A DNA stretch of 64,000 bases from Pristiophorus japonicus (Eukaryota): NCBI RefSeq assembly GCF_044704955.1, contig NC_091981.1:47740001-47804000 (forward strand). The letters run 5' to 3'. Positions 13,165 through 25,138 of this stretch are shown piece after piece. The notes below the pieces were generated by a model. The model was given only the letters and a program-made list of their open reading frames with translations. It did no database searches and was not told the DNA's origin. The position numbers and the translations under genes were made by a program. Numbering within the stretch: position 1 is the first letter of the stretch; the number at the start of each line of letters is the position of its first letter.

Positions 13165-13823
13165 ACAGGACTCTGTGCGCTACGGGCTGTTCCCAGACAC
13201 ACACACCGAGACAGACATCACCTGGAGGGCCATCAACTCGGTGAAAGACGCACTTTGGTCTTGCCGAAACTTGCTGGTCTTCCAGAGCAAGGAGATGTCC
13301 ACGTCTGCGTGTTGCAGACTGGCGCAATCCAAGATCCAGGACTATGTGCTGAGGGACACACTAAAAATTGGTGCAGCCACCGCAAAGGCACGATGGGGAA
13401 GAGCCACAGTTTAAAGCCCTTCCGCCAAGGTAAACCCAGGGGATGGAATCAGTATAAAACTCCCCTCGGGCTGCAACGGTAAACCTTTTGTATACATAGA
13501 GCACCATGATCTGCAAACACCTATATAGTGCCATGTAAAATGCAAGTTCTGTTGCGTAATGCATGTTGGAAACAAATGTAACTGTACCCTCACTGTGTCC
13601 CGTATAGTGACACATGTAATGTAACTTGATGAACGTACCACAATGTATCCTGGATTGTATGAATTATACCTTGAAATGTAAAGTAAAGAAATGTATTGAA
13701 CGGAACTGCGGTCAGCATCCAAATGTAATGTATGGAATTGCTGACCGCATCCAAATGTACTGAACTGCTTTCGAATGTATTGTGCAAATTTTTACATGAA
13801 TAAAGTATATTTTGAAAAAAAAA
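13165..13823 (+). mobile_element. Tx1 (L1-clade) LINE 3' end
   Basis: YGLFP..WRAINSVKDALWSCRNLLVF..W ORF2 C-terminus, TGTA-rich 3' UTR, AATAAA 13799-13804, A9 tail 13815-13823. Confidence 0.75.
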
Positions 13824-13827
13824 TTTG

Positions 13828-16800
13828 ATGAAATGTCCACCTATAATGCTAAACGTAAAATTGAATGGCTTACCCGTAGCCATGGAACTGGACACAGGCG
13901 CTAGCCAATCCATCATGAGTAAAAAGATGTTTGAGAGACTGTGGTGCAACAAGGCATTCAGACCAGCCCTGAGCCCCATCCACACGAAACTGAGAAATGA
14001 TTAATAGTTATTTTATAATCGCCGCAAATCCTGACCGTGCCATCACTTTTGAGTACTGGAACAATCGGGCTGGCCCACTCGCTGAATTCCACTGGGGAGA
14101 GAGCTTATCACTGTCCTGGGCAGCGCCATGGTCAAGGTCACCTACGAGGGCACGATGCATGAACTGCCACTCTGGATTGTCCCGGGCGATGGCCCCATAC
14201 TGCTTGGAAAGAGCTGGCTGGGCAAAATCCGTTGGAACTGGGATGACATCCGAGCGCTATTACATGTCGATGAGGCCTCATGTACCCAGGTTCTGAACAA
14301 ATGTCCTTCCTTTTTTGAGCCAGGCATTAGAAACTTTTCCGGGGTGAAGGTGCGGATCCACTTGGTCCCAGAGGCACAAGGCGCGAGTGATACCTCACAC
14401 GATGAGGGAGAGAGTGGAATTCGAGCTGGACAGGCTGCAACGTGAGGGCATCATCTCCCCAGTGGAATTCAGTGAGTGGGCCAGCCCGATTGTTCCAGTA
14501 CTCAAAAGTAATGGCACGGTCAGGATTTGCGGCGATTATAAAATAACTATTGATCGTTTTTCGCTACAGGACCAATAACCGCTACCTAAGGCAGACGACT
14601 TATTTGCGACGCTGGCAGGAGGCAAGACGTTCACCAAGCTCGACCTGACTTTGGCCTACATGACGCAGGAGCTGGAGGAGTCTTCAAAGAGCCTCACCTG
14701 TATCAACACACACAAGGGACTGTTCATCTACAACAGATGCCCGTTTGGAATTCGGTCGGCTGCAGCGATCTTCCAGAGAAACATGGAGAGCCTACTCAAG
14801 TCGGTACCACACATGGTGGTCTTTCAGGACGACATATTGGTCACGGGTCGGGACATCGCCGGGCACCTACAAAACCTGGAGGAGGTCCTCCAGCGACTGG
14901 ATCGTGTAGGGCTTGGCTGAAGAGGTTGAAATGTGTCTTCATGGCAACAGAAGTGGGGAGAAAGATTGGGGCGGACGGCATTCGGCCCACAGACAGAGGT
15001 TTTCAGGAATGCGCCCAGGCCACAGAATGTCACGGAGCTGCGGTTGTTCCTGGAACTCCTCAACTATTTTGGTAACTTCCTACCGGGGTTAAGCACCCTT
15101 TTAGTGCCCCTACATGTGTTATTGCGCAAAGGTGAGAACTGGGTATGGGGGAAAAAAACAAGTAATTGCTTTTTATGCTCCAACAAGCTGCTTGTATTGT
15201 ATAACCCGTGTAAAAGACTTGTGCTAGCATGTGACGCGTTGTCGTATGGAGTCGTGTGTGTATTACAACAAGCTAACGTTGCGGGGAAGTTGCAACCTGT
15301 CGCCTATGCTTCCAGGAGCTTGTCTAAGGCAGAGAAGGCCTACAGCATGATTGAGAAAGAGACATTAGCGTGTGTGTTCGGGGTAAAGAAAATGCATCAG
15401 TACCTGTTTGGCCTCAAATTTGAGCTGGAAACCGATCACAAGCCTCTCACATCCCTGTTTGCTGAAAACAAGGGGATAAATACTAATGCCTCAGCCCGCA
15501 TACAAAGGTGGGCACTCGCGCTATCAGCGTATAACTATACAATCCGCCACAGACCAGGCACCGAGAACTGTGTGGGTGCTCTCAGTCGGCTACCATTGCC
15601 CACTACGGGGGTGGAAATGGCGCAGCCTGCAAACTTGTTGATGATGGCGCAGCCCGCAGACTTGATGGTCATGGAAGTGTTTGAAATGATAAATCACCTG
15701 TCACGGCCCGCCAGATTAGGACTTGAACCAGCCAAGATCCTCTGCTGACCCTAGGAGAAAACTGTGTACTGCATGGGAGTTGGGCCAGTATCCCCATTGA
15801 AATGCAAGAGCCAATCAAGCCGTTCCAGCGGCGAAAGGACGAGCTGTCCATTCAGGCAGACTGCCTGTTGTGGGGTAACCGTGTACTGCTACCAAAAAAG
15901 GGCAGGGAGACGTTCATCTTGGATCCCCACAGCACACACCCAGGTATAGTAATGATGAAAGCGGTAGCCAGATCCCAGTGTGGTGGCCCGGTATCGACTC
16001 TGACTTAGAGTCCTGTGTATGGCAGTGCAGCTTATGTGCTCAGTTGAGCAACGTGCCCAGAGAGGCACCACTAAGTTTGTGGCCCTGGCCCTCCAGACCA
16101 TGGTCGAAGATCCATGTCGACTATGAGGGCCCGTTTCTCGGTAAAATGTTCCTAGTGGTGGTGGATACTTTTTCAAAATGGATTGAATGTGAAATAATGT
16201 CGGGAAGCACCGCCACCACCATCATTGAAAGCCTGAGGGCCATGTTTGCCACCCACGGCCTGCCTGACATACTGGTCAGTGACAACGGGCCATGTTTCAC
16301 CAGTGCCGAATTTAATGAATTCATGACCCGCAATGGGATCAAACATGTCACCTCAGCCCAGTTTAAACCAGCCTCCAATGGGCAGGCAGAGCAGGCAGTA
16401 CAAACCATCAAACAGAGCCTTAAACGAGTCACAGAAGGCTCACTCCGAACCCGCCTGTCCCGAGTACTGCTCAGCTACCGCACGAGACCCCACTCGCTCA
16501 CAGGGGTGCCACCGGCTGAGCTACTCATGAAAAAGACACTTAAAACCAGACTCTTGCTGGTTCACACCAACCTGCATGATCAGGTAGAGAGCAGGCGGCA
16601 ACAACAAAATGTAAACGATGGTCGCGCCACTGTGTCACTGGAAATTGATCTGAATGACCCTGTGTATGTGCTAAACTATGGACATGGTCCCAAGTGAATC
16701 GCGGGCACGGTGATAGCTAAAGAAGGGAATAGGGTGCTTGTAGTCAAACTAGACAATGGATAAATTTGCAGAAAGCACCTGGACCAAACAAGGCTGCAGT

Positions 16801-17315
16801 TCACAGACTGCCCTGAACAACCCACAGCAGACACCACCTTTCTCGAGCCCACAACGCACACCCTAAGGATCAACGACACCATGCCGGACCAGGAAATTGA
16901 ACCCATCACGCCGAACAGCCCAGCAAGGCCAGGCTCACCTAGCAGCCCTGCAGGCCCAACAACACGCCGTCCCAGCGAGGCCACAGCCAACACACCAGAA
17001 CAGATATTTGTACCGAGGCGGTCCACCAGGGAAAGAAAGGCTCCCGACCGCCTCACCTTGTAAATAGTTTTCACTTTGACTTTGGCAGGGGGGTGGGGGA
17101 GTGATGTTGTGTATGTGTAAAGCATGCACTCCCATGTTCCGCCACCAGGGAGCTCATCCCCTGAAGTCCCAAGGGATCCCAGCATCCCTTGGGAGCACTG
17201 TATATAAGCCGGCCCCTAAGGCCTGTTCCTCACTCTGGAGTGTCTTATTAAAGACTGAGGTCACTGTTACTTTAACCTCCCTGTGTGCAGCCTCATCTGT
17301 GTTCGGAATACAATA
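13828..17315 (+). mobile_element. Gypsy (Mag clade) element 2, 5' LTR and gag missing
   Basis: Frameshifted protease (MELDTGAS), RT (FQDDIL), RNase H and integrase; PPT; 3' LTR 17105-17315 (TGTTGTGT..ATACAATA), same family as the element at 50937. Confidence 0.93.
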
Positions 17316-19400
17316 GTGCCCAGTTACTTCATCTATCAATGGCACTTTGCAACTTTCTGCTCCTAGCTACAACATTTACTGTGCCACCTAACTTAGTGTC
17401 ATTAGATATATGGCTCTCTATTCCTTCGTCCAAGTCATGTATAAATATAGTAAAAAGCTGAGGTCCCAGTACAGATCAATGAGACATGACTAAACACATC
17501 CTGCCACATTTGAGCATTACCCATTATTCCTACTCTGTCTCCTAACCAATTCCCTATCCAAGCCAACAGTTGCCTCCAATTGCATGCACTCTCATTTTTG
17601 TGAACAGTCTGTTAAGTGGAACCTTTTCAAACGCCTTCTGGAAGTCCATATAAATAACATCCATAGACATTCCCTTATCTACCATGTTGGCTACTTCCTC
17701 AAAAAATTCAACTAGGTTTATAGACATGACTTACCCATAACAAATCCATGCTGGCTCCCTCTGATCATCTCATATTTGTCCAAATGCTCAGTCACTCTGT
17801 CCTTAAAGAGTGTCTGCTGTGGCTCAGTGGGTAGCAATCTTGCCTCTGATTTAGAAGGTTGTGGGTTCAAGTCCCACTCCAGGGACTTGAGCACAAAAAA
17901 AAATCTAGGCTGACACTGCAGTGCTGAGAGAGCACTGCAATGTTGGAGATGTTGTCTTTCAGATGAGATGTTAAATGTCTACTCTCTCAAGTAGACGTAA
18001 AAGAACCCATTGCACTATTTTGAAGAAGAGCAGGGGAGTTAACCCTGGTGTCCTGGCCAATATTTATCCCTCAATCAACATTACTAAAAAACAGATTATC
18101 TGATCATTATCACATTGCTGTTTATGGAAGCTCGTTTGTGCCCAAATTGGCTGCCGCATTTCCTAAATTACAATCGTGACTACACTCCAAAAGTACTTCA
18201 TTGTCTGTAAAGCGCTTTGAGATGTCTGGTGGTCGTGAAAGGCACTATATAAATCCAAGTCTTTCTTCTTTAATAGCAGATTCTAGCAACTTTCCAACAA
18301 CTGACGTTAGACCAATAGGCTAATAATTTCCTAATTTATCTCTTCTACCCTTCTTAAATAATGGAGTGACATTGGCAGTTTTCCAATCCAAGGGGACAAT
18401 TCCTGCATCAAGAGTTTTGGAAAATCAGGACTAACCCATCAACAATTTCCTCACCGACTTCTTTTAATACCCTGGGGTGGAAATCATCAGTTCCTGGAGA
18501 TTTGTCCATCTTTAATCTCATTAGTCTCCATCACCATTTAAAAAAAAAACATATTAAATCTAGTTAGTTTTTCCTCCTTGATTTATTTTTATTTTTCCTT
18601 GTATGTCTGGTATTTTATCCTCATCCTCCATTAAGACCGATACAAAGTAGCCATTTAGTAAGTCTGCCATCTTCTGATTTCCAATTACTATATTATCAAC
18701 GTCTGTCATTAAGGTGCCCACATTACTCTTAGCCACCCTCTTTCGCTTAATATATTTGTAAAAACATTTACTGTTGCCCTGGATATCCCTCACAAGCTTT
18801 TTCTCATATCCCTTTTTTGCAGCTCTTACAATTATTGACTAATAATTTAAGGCTCATTACTAAATCCAAGGTGGCATGTTATCTTGATGGTTCAAGAACA
18901 TATTGTTCCAGAAAACTGTCCTGAATATACTCAAGGAATCCGCTGCCTTTGGGCCTCGAGTTGTGCTGATTATCTCATCTATGCAAAAATTAGTTTCCTA
19001 TTACCTGTATAACTATTCTGTTTTTGCAACAAACTTCTCTGATCTCCACATTTATGTAACTTGTTACTTTATCATGGAAGTCTATAAACAACTCCCGCCA
19101 AAGTCTTACATCATTTTCTATTACTCAATTCTATCATGTTTCTACTGCCTGCTCACCCTTACTGATATCCACTCTTTCTAATGCGGCAATAGTGTCCTCC
19201 TCTTTTGCCAATTTCACTGTCCTTTCTAAAAACCTTATATCCTGGAATATTTATCTCCCAGTCATGCCCAGCTTGTAGCCAGGTCTAAGTGATGACCACT
19301 GTCATACCCTTTAAGCTTAAATTGGGCTTCCAATTCATTTTTATTTCTTATGCTATGTGCATTAGTGCAAAAAACTTTTAATTTGGCAATAGATCTTGTG
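17316..19400 (-). mobile_element. Old CR1 ORF2 fragment, interrupted by a SINE
   Basis: Reverse complement encodes MDFQKAFEKVP and FYKYIKRKR..NVG; decays towards 19.4 kb. Confidence 0.75.
17807..18270 (+). mobile_element. tRNA-derived Deu-domain SINE (SacSINE1-like), near full length
   Basis: A box TGGCTCAGTGG, B box GGTTCAAGTCC, Deu-like core GAAGAAGAGCAGGGGAGTT..GGTGTCCTGGCCAA, L2-type 3' end GTAAAGCGCTTTGAG..GAAAGGCACTATATAAAT. Confidence 0.88.
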
Positions 19401-20629
19401 CCCTTATGTCGTTTTTAAACACATTTTAACTGATCACACTCAATGTTTTTTTAATCACTTCATATATACTCTTAACAATTATTTTTTCCTTAACCTGAAG
19501 TATTTATATTACCGTTAACACTATTGATGACCTGGACTTTACTCTCATCCCATTTAATTTTTAGACTATTTTTATTTCTGCCTGAGCCCTCTCCCCCAGC
19601 TTTTGTACTCTAAGCCTCTATTTATAAAGTCAAGGATGCCATATAGGATTGGAAAGATTATTCATTCATTGTGCTTGTTCCTTCTGATTTCAATTATTTT
19701 AAATAAAAACATGGTTTGTGGGTAGTGATGATCATAGAAGCAAAAATAATCTATAAATCTGAACTTTAGTTTTATACATTTCTATTTTTATGCATTTCAA
19801 TAAATTTATTAGAGGTAAAATAATGAGATTGAGAGTGTTCTGCAATGTTTGTTTCATTGATTTTTATTTGAGGTACAAACACATGGTTTTCATCTTCTTC
19901 AGGTGAGATTGATCCAATATGCTGACAAATTGCAAGCTTAAAGCAGAGCGATAGGATGGCAGAGAGGCCTAGGAGAGACTGTAACAGAAAGGCCTACATA
20001 GAAATTACAACATGGAAATGGGCCGTTCAACCCAGCCAGTCTGAGTTGATGTTCAATCTCTTTTCCTTCAAACACCTAACTAACCTATTCTTGAGAGACC
20101 TTGTAACAGAGGTGTCAGAGAAGCAGAGCAAACAGGAGGTCTCTATGGGGCAGAGACCATGGGAGACTTGGAGATATTAGTGGGAAGCAGGGGCACCTTA
20201 AGGCCATGGAGGAATGGTCTTTCACCTGGAGTCCGTTGTTGGCAATTTTTTTCCTCCATGCAGTGTCGACATATGGAACAGATTCCCAGAGATTGCGATA
20301 GACAAGGGAGAAATTAATGCCTTTCAGAATTTGAGATCATGCATCTCATCATGGACTTCTCCCCCACTCTCACCCGTTGCTTTAAGAAACATTTACAGCC
20401 AGCAATGAACTTTGAACAAATCATTCCTGAGTTTACTTTACTTTTGGAGGGCAAATTCACACTGGTACCTCCAAAAGCCGATTAGGGATCCTTTGTGCAA
20501 TTACATCATGACACTACAACATGTGTTAACAGGGAGATTGAAGTTAGTTAACATCACCACTTGTTTCCAGGGGAGCTAGGGGAAAAAAAACTCGGTGCAT
20601 TCACAAATACTCCCCACTCAGCAGCAATA

Positions 20630-20940
20630 AGAACGAACGAACGAACTTGTACTTTTATAGCGTCTTTCACAACCTCAGGATGTCCTAAAGCACTTTACAG
20701 CCAATGAAGTACTTTTTGAAGTATACTTACTGTTCTAATACAAGAAACACAGCAAGCAATTTGCACACTGCAAGCTTCTGCAAACAGCAATGTGATAATG
20801 ACCAGAGAATCTGTTTGTGATGTTGATTGAGAGATAAATATTGGCCAGGACACTGGGATAGCTTTGAAATAATACCATGAGATCTTTTGCATCCACCAGA
20901 TTGGTTTAATGCTCAGCCAAAAAATGGCACCTCTGACTGT
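20630..20940 (-). mobile_element. Deu-domain SINE, 3' half
   Basis: Reverse complement of the 17807 element's 3' part, with a (GAAC)n tail. Confidence 0.85.
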
Positions 20941-22567
20941 ATAAGCTACTTTTGAAGATAGTATGTAAATAGCATCAGTCATAGATTGATTCAATTACCA
21001 GAACGGATTTCAAAACTTCTCCCCATCTGATTTCAGATCGGAGCTGCATATCTCAGACCAAAATGCAAACTCATTCCAAGTGGTTGCTCCTCTGGAATAA
21101 CATTAAAATATTTTAATGGTTCAAAAAATTACTTCGATGTTCCAAGCATATGCATTATGCTATCACATCAATGCACAAAAGGAACTCAGATTGCGATTTG
21201 AGGCCCTCCAAATTCAAAGTGAATTCCGCTTCGATTATTGGCGTATGACTATGCCATCCCCGTTCTTTCCAGTAGTTATAAGTGGCGGTGAAAGGGTAAT
21301 CCTTGACAAGGTGCATGGACTCTGGATGGAGCAGTCTTGATTGTCTGAATTGCCTTTGGTGGCTTCAGACTTTGAAAAAACGATTTCACTGCTCTTTCTG
21401 GAATGTTCATTTAGTCAATGCTATGTCAAGGGAATTATTCACTTATGCCTGTAACTGTGTGAAGGACTTCTCTCTTTGTTCCTTTTGTAATTTTTGCATA
21501 TGACTGAGATGCAAAGAATTATACTGCAACTTGGATCAATTAAGGTCAGACGTTCCTTTCAAGTTGACTGCCGTTTTCACAAATAAATGTGGACAAATTG
21601 CAAAGAAATCATGTTCTGTTTACCACTGCGAAATTTGTGGTTTGTTTACATGGATGAGAAAATGAGAAAGGATAAAAAGAAAAGCAAGAACCACTTAGGG
21701 ATCTGAACGGCAGTTGCCATAGAAAATATTTAATCAAGGATGGAAGGCATCATCTAATAAAGTAGGGCAAGATTTGATTAAAGCAGGGCACGTATCTAGC
21801 CACGAATGCCAATTTAATTAACTGCAGTTTTGCATTGTTAATTTGCATTCTATGATTGTAACTAGTGTCAAGAGACTGTATCTCCAATCAATCCAATTTA
21901 TACAGACAGGGTAAGCACAGAGAAGATGGATGAAAACAACTAAACCACAAGATACATATGGATGAAGTAGGGCATTCAGCCCTTATGTCATTTATCCAGA
22001 AATAATCTATAATTCCCCCATCACATTATCTGGTTTGTAGTCCAGGGTTTTGTCATCCACTTTCCTACCCAGAAGTCCATTCCATGTGTTGGATCACTCT
22101 ATGAAGAACTTCCCAACATCAATCCTAAATTTGCCTTTTTCAGGTTTGAATCAGGGTCCTTTTGTCCAAATGGCACGGGTGATAGGGCCTGGTATGAAGA
22201 CTTAAGAAGCACTACGGAGCAAGGAAAAAGCAGGGACTGGTCTACACAATGATGACCAATGGTAGAGATTTAAAGTCAAAACAGCATCTCCTTTGCCAGC
22301 AAACTGTTGGGGATGAAACAGCAAAAGGCAGAACAAAAGTGAATGATGCTGAGAAAATTTGAAAACTGTAAAGCTGATAATGTAGTCCCAGCATGAGGAG
22401 TGCAGCACTTTGGGCACTCCTTGTGCCCAGTGCAATGAACTGACCTTGAACTGTAATGCAAAATTCATCGTTTTACTAGATTTACTGAATTTAATTTTAC
22501 AATTTGCCATAGTGAGATTTTAACTTATAACGTCTGATTTTCTAATTCAGTACCATACATTATACTT

Positions 22568-22642
22568 CACAAGTACTTCATTGGCTGTAAAATACTTTGG
22601 GACATCTTGAGGTCATGAAAAGCACTACATAAATGCAAGTTA
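22568..22642 (+). mobile_element. Deu-SINE/L2 3'-tail fragment
   Basis: AAGTACTTCATTGGCTGTAAAATACTTTGGGACATC..ATAAATGCAAGT matches the 3' end of the 17807 SINE. Confidence 0.75.
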
Positions 22643-22754
22643 TTTCTATAACTACTACTCTACTGTACAACAGTATGTAAATAGTGCATATTAATGCCCT
22701 ATACACCTGACAAATAAACCATTAGCACCATTGCTCATAGCCTTCCATCAGAGC

Positions 22755-23905
22755 TTGTGCTCAGTTCAAGTTCTACCAAGACTACTTGGTTCCAGATCTT
22801 TTCAAAACAGCCTTGATCCAGTTGTGGACACAAGAGCTGAATACCAGAGGAAAGGTGAGAGTAGCTGACTTTGACAGTAAGTGTGCCTGTGACTGAGTAG
22901 GGCACCAAGTCCGAGCAAAACTGAGGTCAATAGAAGTCAAGGAGAAAATCCTCCTTGTAGCTGGAGTCATACCTGACAAATAGAAGATAGGGATGGTTGT
23001 TGGAAGCTAATCATCTTCAGTCTGTGGTCTTGCTGCAAGAGTTCCTTAGAGAAATGTCCTTGGACCAACCATTTTCAGCTATTTCATCAATGACCCTCCT
23101 TTCATCTTAAGATCAGGAATAAGGCTAAAGGCCAACAATTCTACCATGTTCATCTCCATTCACAACTCCACTGATAATGAGGTAACCTATGCCAGCCTAT
23201 AGCAGGCCCTGAACATCTAGGCTGGGGTTGACAGGTGACAGGTAACATTTTTGGCCAATTAGTGGCATCATTGCCAAGTTCCCTACCATCAACATCCTGC
23301 AAGTTAACATTGACCTATTTACCTGGATCAACCATAACATCATGGCTTCAAAAGCAAGGCAGACACTGTGTACCCTGCAATGAATGGTTCACTTCCTGGG
23401 CCCTGGCCCTTCATAGCTTTTCCACCATCCACAAGGCTCAAGTCAGAAATGTGATGGAATACGCACCACTCGCCTAGATGGGTGCAGCCACAACACTTGA
23501 GTTGATCAACCAGGATAGCGTAGTTCGCTTGATTCACACCACTTCAACTGGACTCAATATTCCCACCACTACCAGAGTACACAATGGCTGTAATATGTAT
23601 CTACAGGATGCACTGCAGCAACACATTAAGCTTACTTTGATTGTACCCACCAGCTCCACAATCTGTACCATCAAGAATGAGAAGAGCAGGTACACTATCA
23701 CCTCCAAGTCATAGATCATCCAGATTTGGAAATATATTTTTGTTCCTAATCACAGAGTCAAAATCCCAGAATTCTCTAGCTAACACTATCATGGGTACAC
23801 CATCAGTAGTGGTTCAAGGAGAAAGCCCACTAGGATCTTCTAAGAGCAACTGGGAATGGGTATAAAGAAAATGAGCTTTACCAGTGTCACCCACATTCTG
23901 AGAAC
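22755..23905 (+). mobile_element. Highly decayed non-LTR retrotransposon RT and 3' end (jockey/CR1-group, distinct from the dominant CR1)
   Basis: Remnants WTQELNTRGKVRV, VLGPTIFSYFIND, IHKAQVRNVMEYAPLA. Confidence 0.7.
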
Positions 23906-24299
23906 AAATTTTAAAATTCCAGGAGTTATTGCCTTGGCCTGGATACAGGAGGAAGTCGTAGCGTTGGGTCCTATTAGATGACACAAGGTGAGTCTCTGTT
24001 CCATTATCTTCTTCAGAGCCAGAAAATACAGTGTTGACCAGGGAGATACAAAAGTTCCTATATAGGCATCACATAATATTAATCATATGTAGCCAATGGG
24101 ATTTCGACTAAGAATTGAATAACTTTAATTTTGGAAACACAGCAAAACAGCATTAAAATAGATGGAAAGAGAGAACCTATAGGCAACAATAGCAAAAATA
24201 GGATTTTTAAAGCAGATAACATGGCAACCATGCCTCCCATGATGCATCCATTTAAGATGAGCCGCCATGGATCTTAAGTGCTGTTCAGATGCTCTCCTT

Positions 24300-24680
24300 G
24301 AATTAGAGTTCTGGTCTTATTACCATATTTGTAGAGAGCCTTGATCAGACTCCATCTGGAATGCTAATTTTAGGTAGCAAACCTCAGGAAAGATAGTTTT
24401 AGCCCTGGAAGGGGTACAGTGCAGATTCACCAGAATTATACTAGGGTTTAAAGAGTTAAATTATGAGAGCAGGTTGCATAAGTCTGGTCAGTATTGCCTC
24501 AAGTTTAGAGGGTTGAGGGGATAATCTAGTTGAGGTATTTAAAATGATAAAACGATTAGATAGTTTCTCTGTATCCACCCTATTTTCTCTGATGGGAAAA
24601 TCCAGAACAAGGGGGCATAATCTTAAAATTAGAACTAGGCTATTTAGGAGTGAAATCAGGAACGCATTCTTGGTTAAAGA
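24300..24680 (+). mobile_element. Decayed CR1 C-terminal fragment
   Basis: LYLYRALIRLHLE-like start and SRTRGHNLKI motif. Confidence 0.75.
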
Positions 24681-24769
24681 AAGCTATTCTTCTGAGGGGC
24701 CGCCCAAGAGTCTTGCCCCTTATGGATTAAAAATAATTATCTGCTAATGCTCTTAATTCCTCTCCCGAA

Positions 24770-25135
24770 GAATTGAGCTCTTGTTACAATATGGTTTCAC
24801 AGCGTTGGGTGCCTTGCATTACCTAACCCAAGAGGCTAATATTCAGATATGAACCATGGTAATGAGTGTTGGTTGGCTTTTTGACCGCTGGGTGCGATTT
24901 ACAGCAAATCCAATCTTATCACCAACACGTATGCTTCCAGCAGGGATTGCTGGAAACTATTCAGAACTCTACCCAATATTTTTCTCTCTCTCACCTAGGA
25001 ATAGTAAAGCCAATTGCAACACCCCTAACAGCAATTGAGCTTAATCAACAAAGTCACCACAGATTATGGATCAAACCTGAGGCCATACTACTTTATGGCT
25101 CAGCTACTGACTAGATAAGTTTGTTGAACCATCAG
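24770..25135 (-). mobile_element. LF-SINE-like fragment
   Basis: Degenerate similarity to 660-985 (GCCAATTG core), ending in the reverse complement of a tRNA-like head (GGCTCAGCTAC..GAACCATC). Confidence 0.45.
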
Positions 25136-25138
25136 TTA

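Noticed and set aside
17807-17885. tRNA gene
   Set aside because: The A and B boxes are the head of a Deu-domain SINE and continue into SINE body and tail.
23923-23993. Possible + strand coding exon (CAG|..AAG|GTGAGT)
   Set aside because: Stops in all three frames and a weak polypyrimidine tract.
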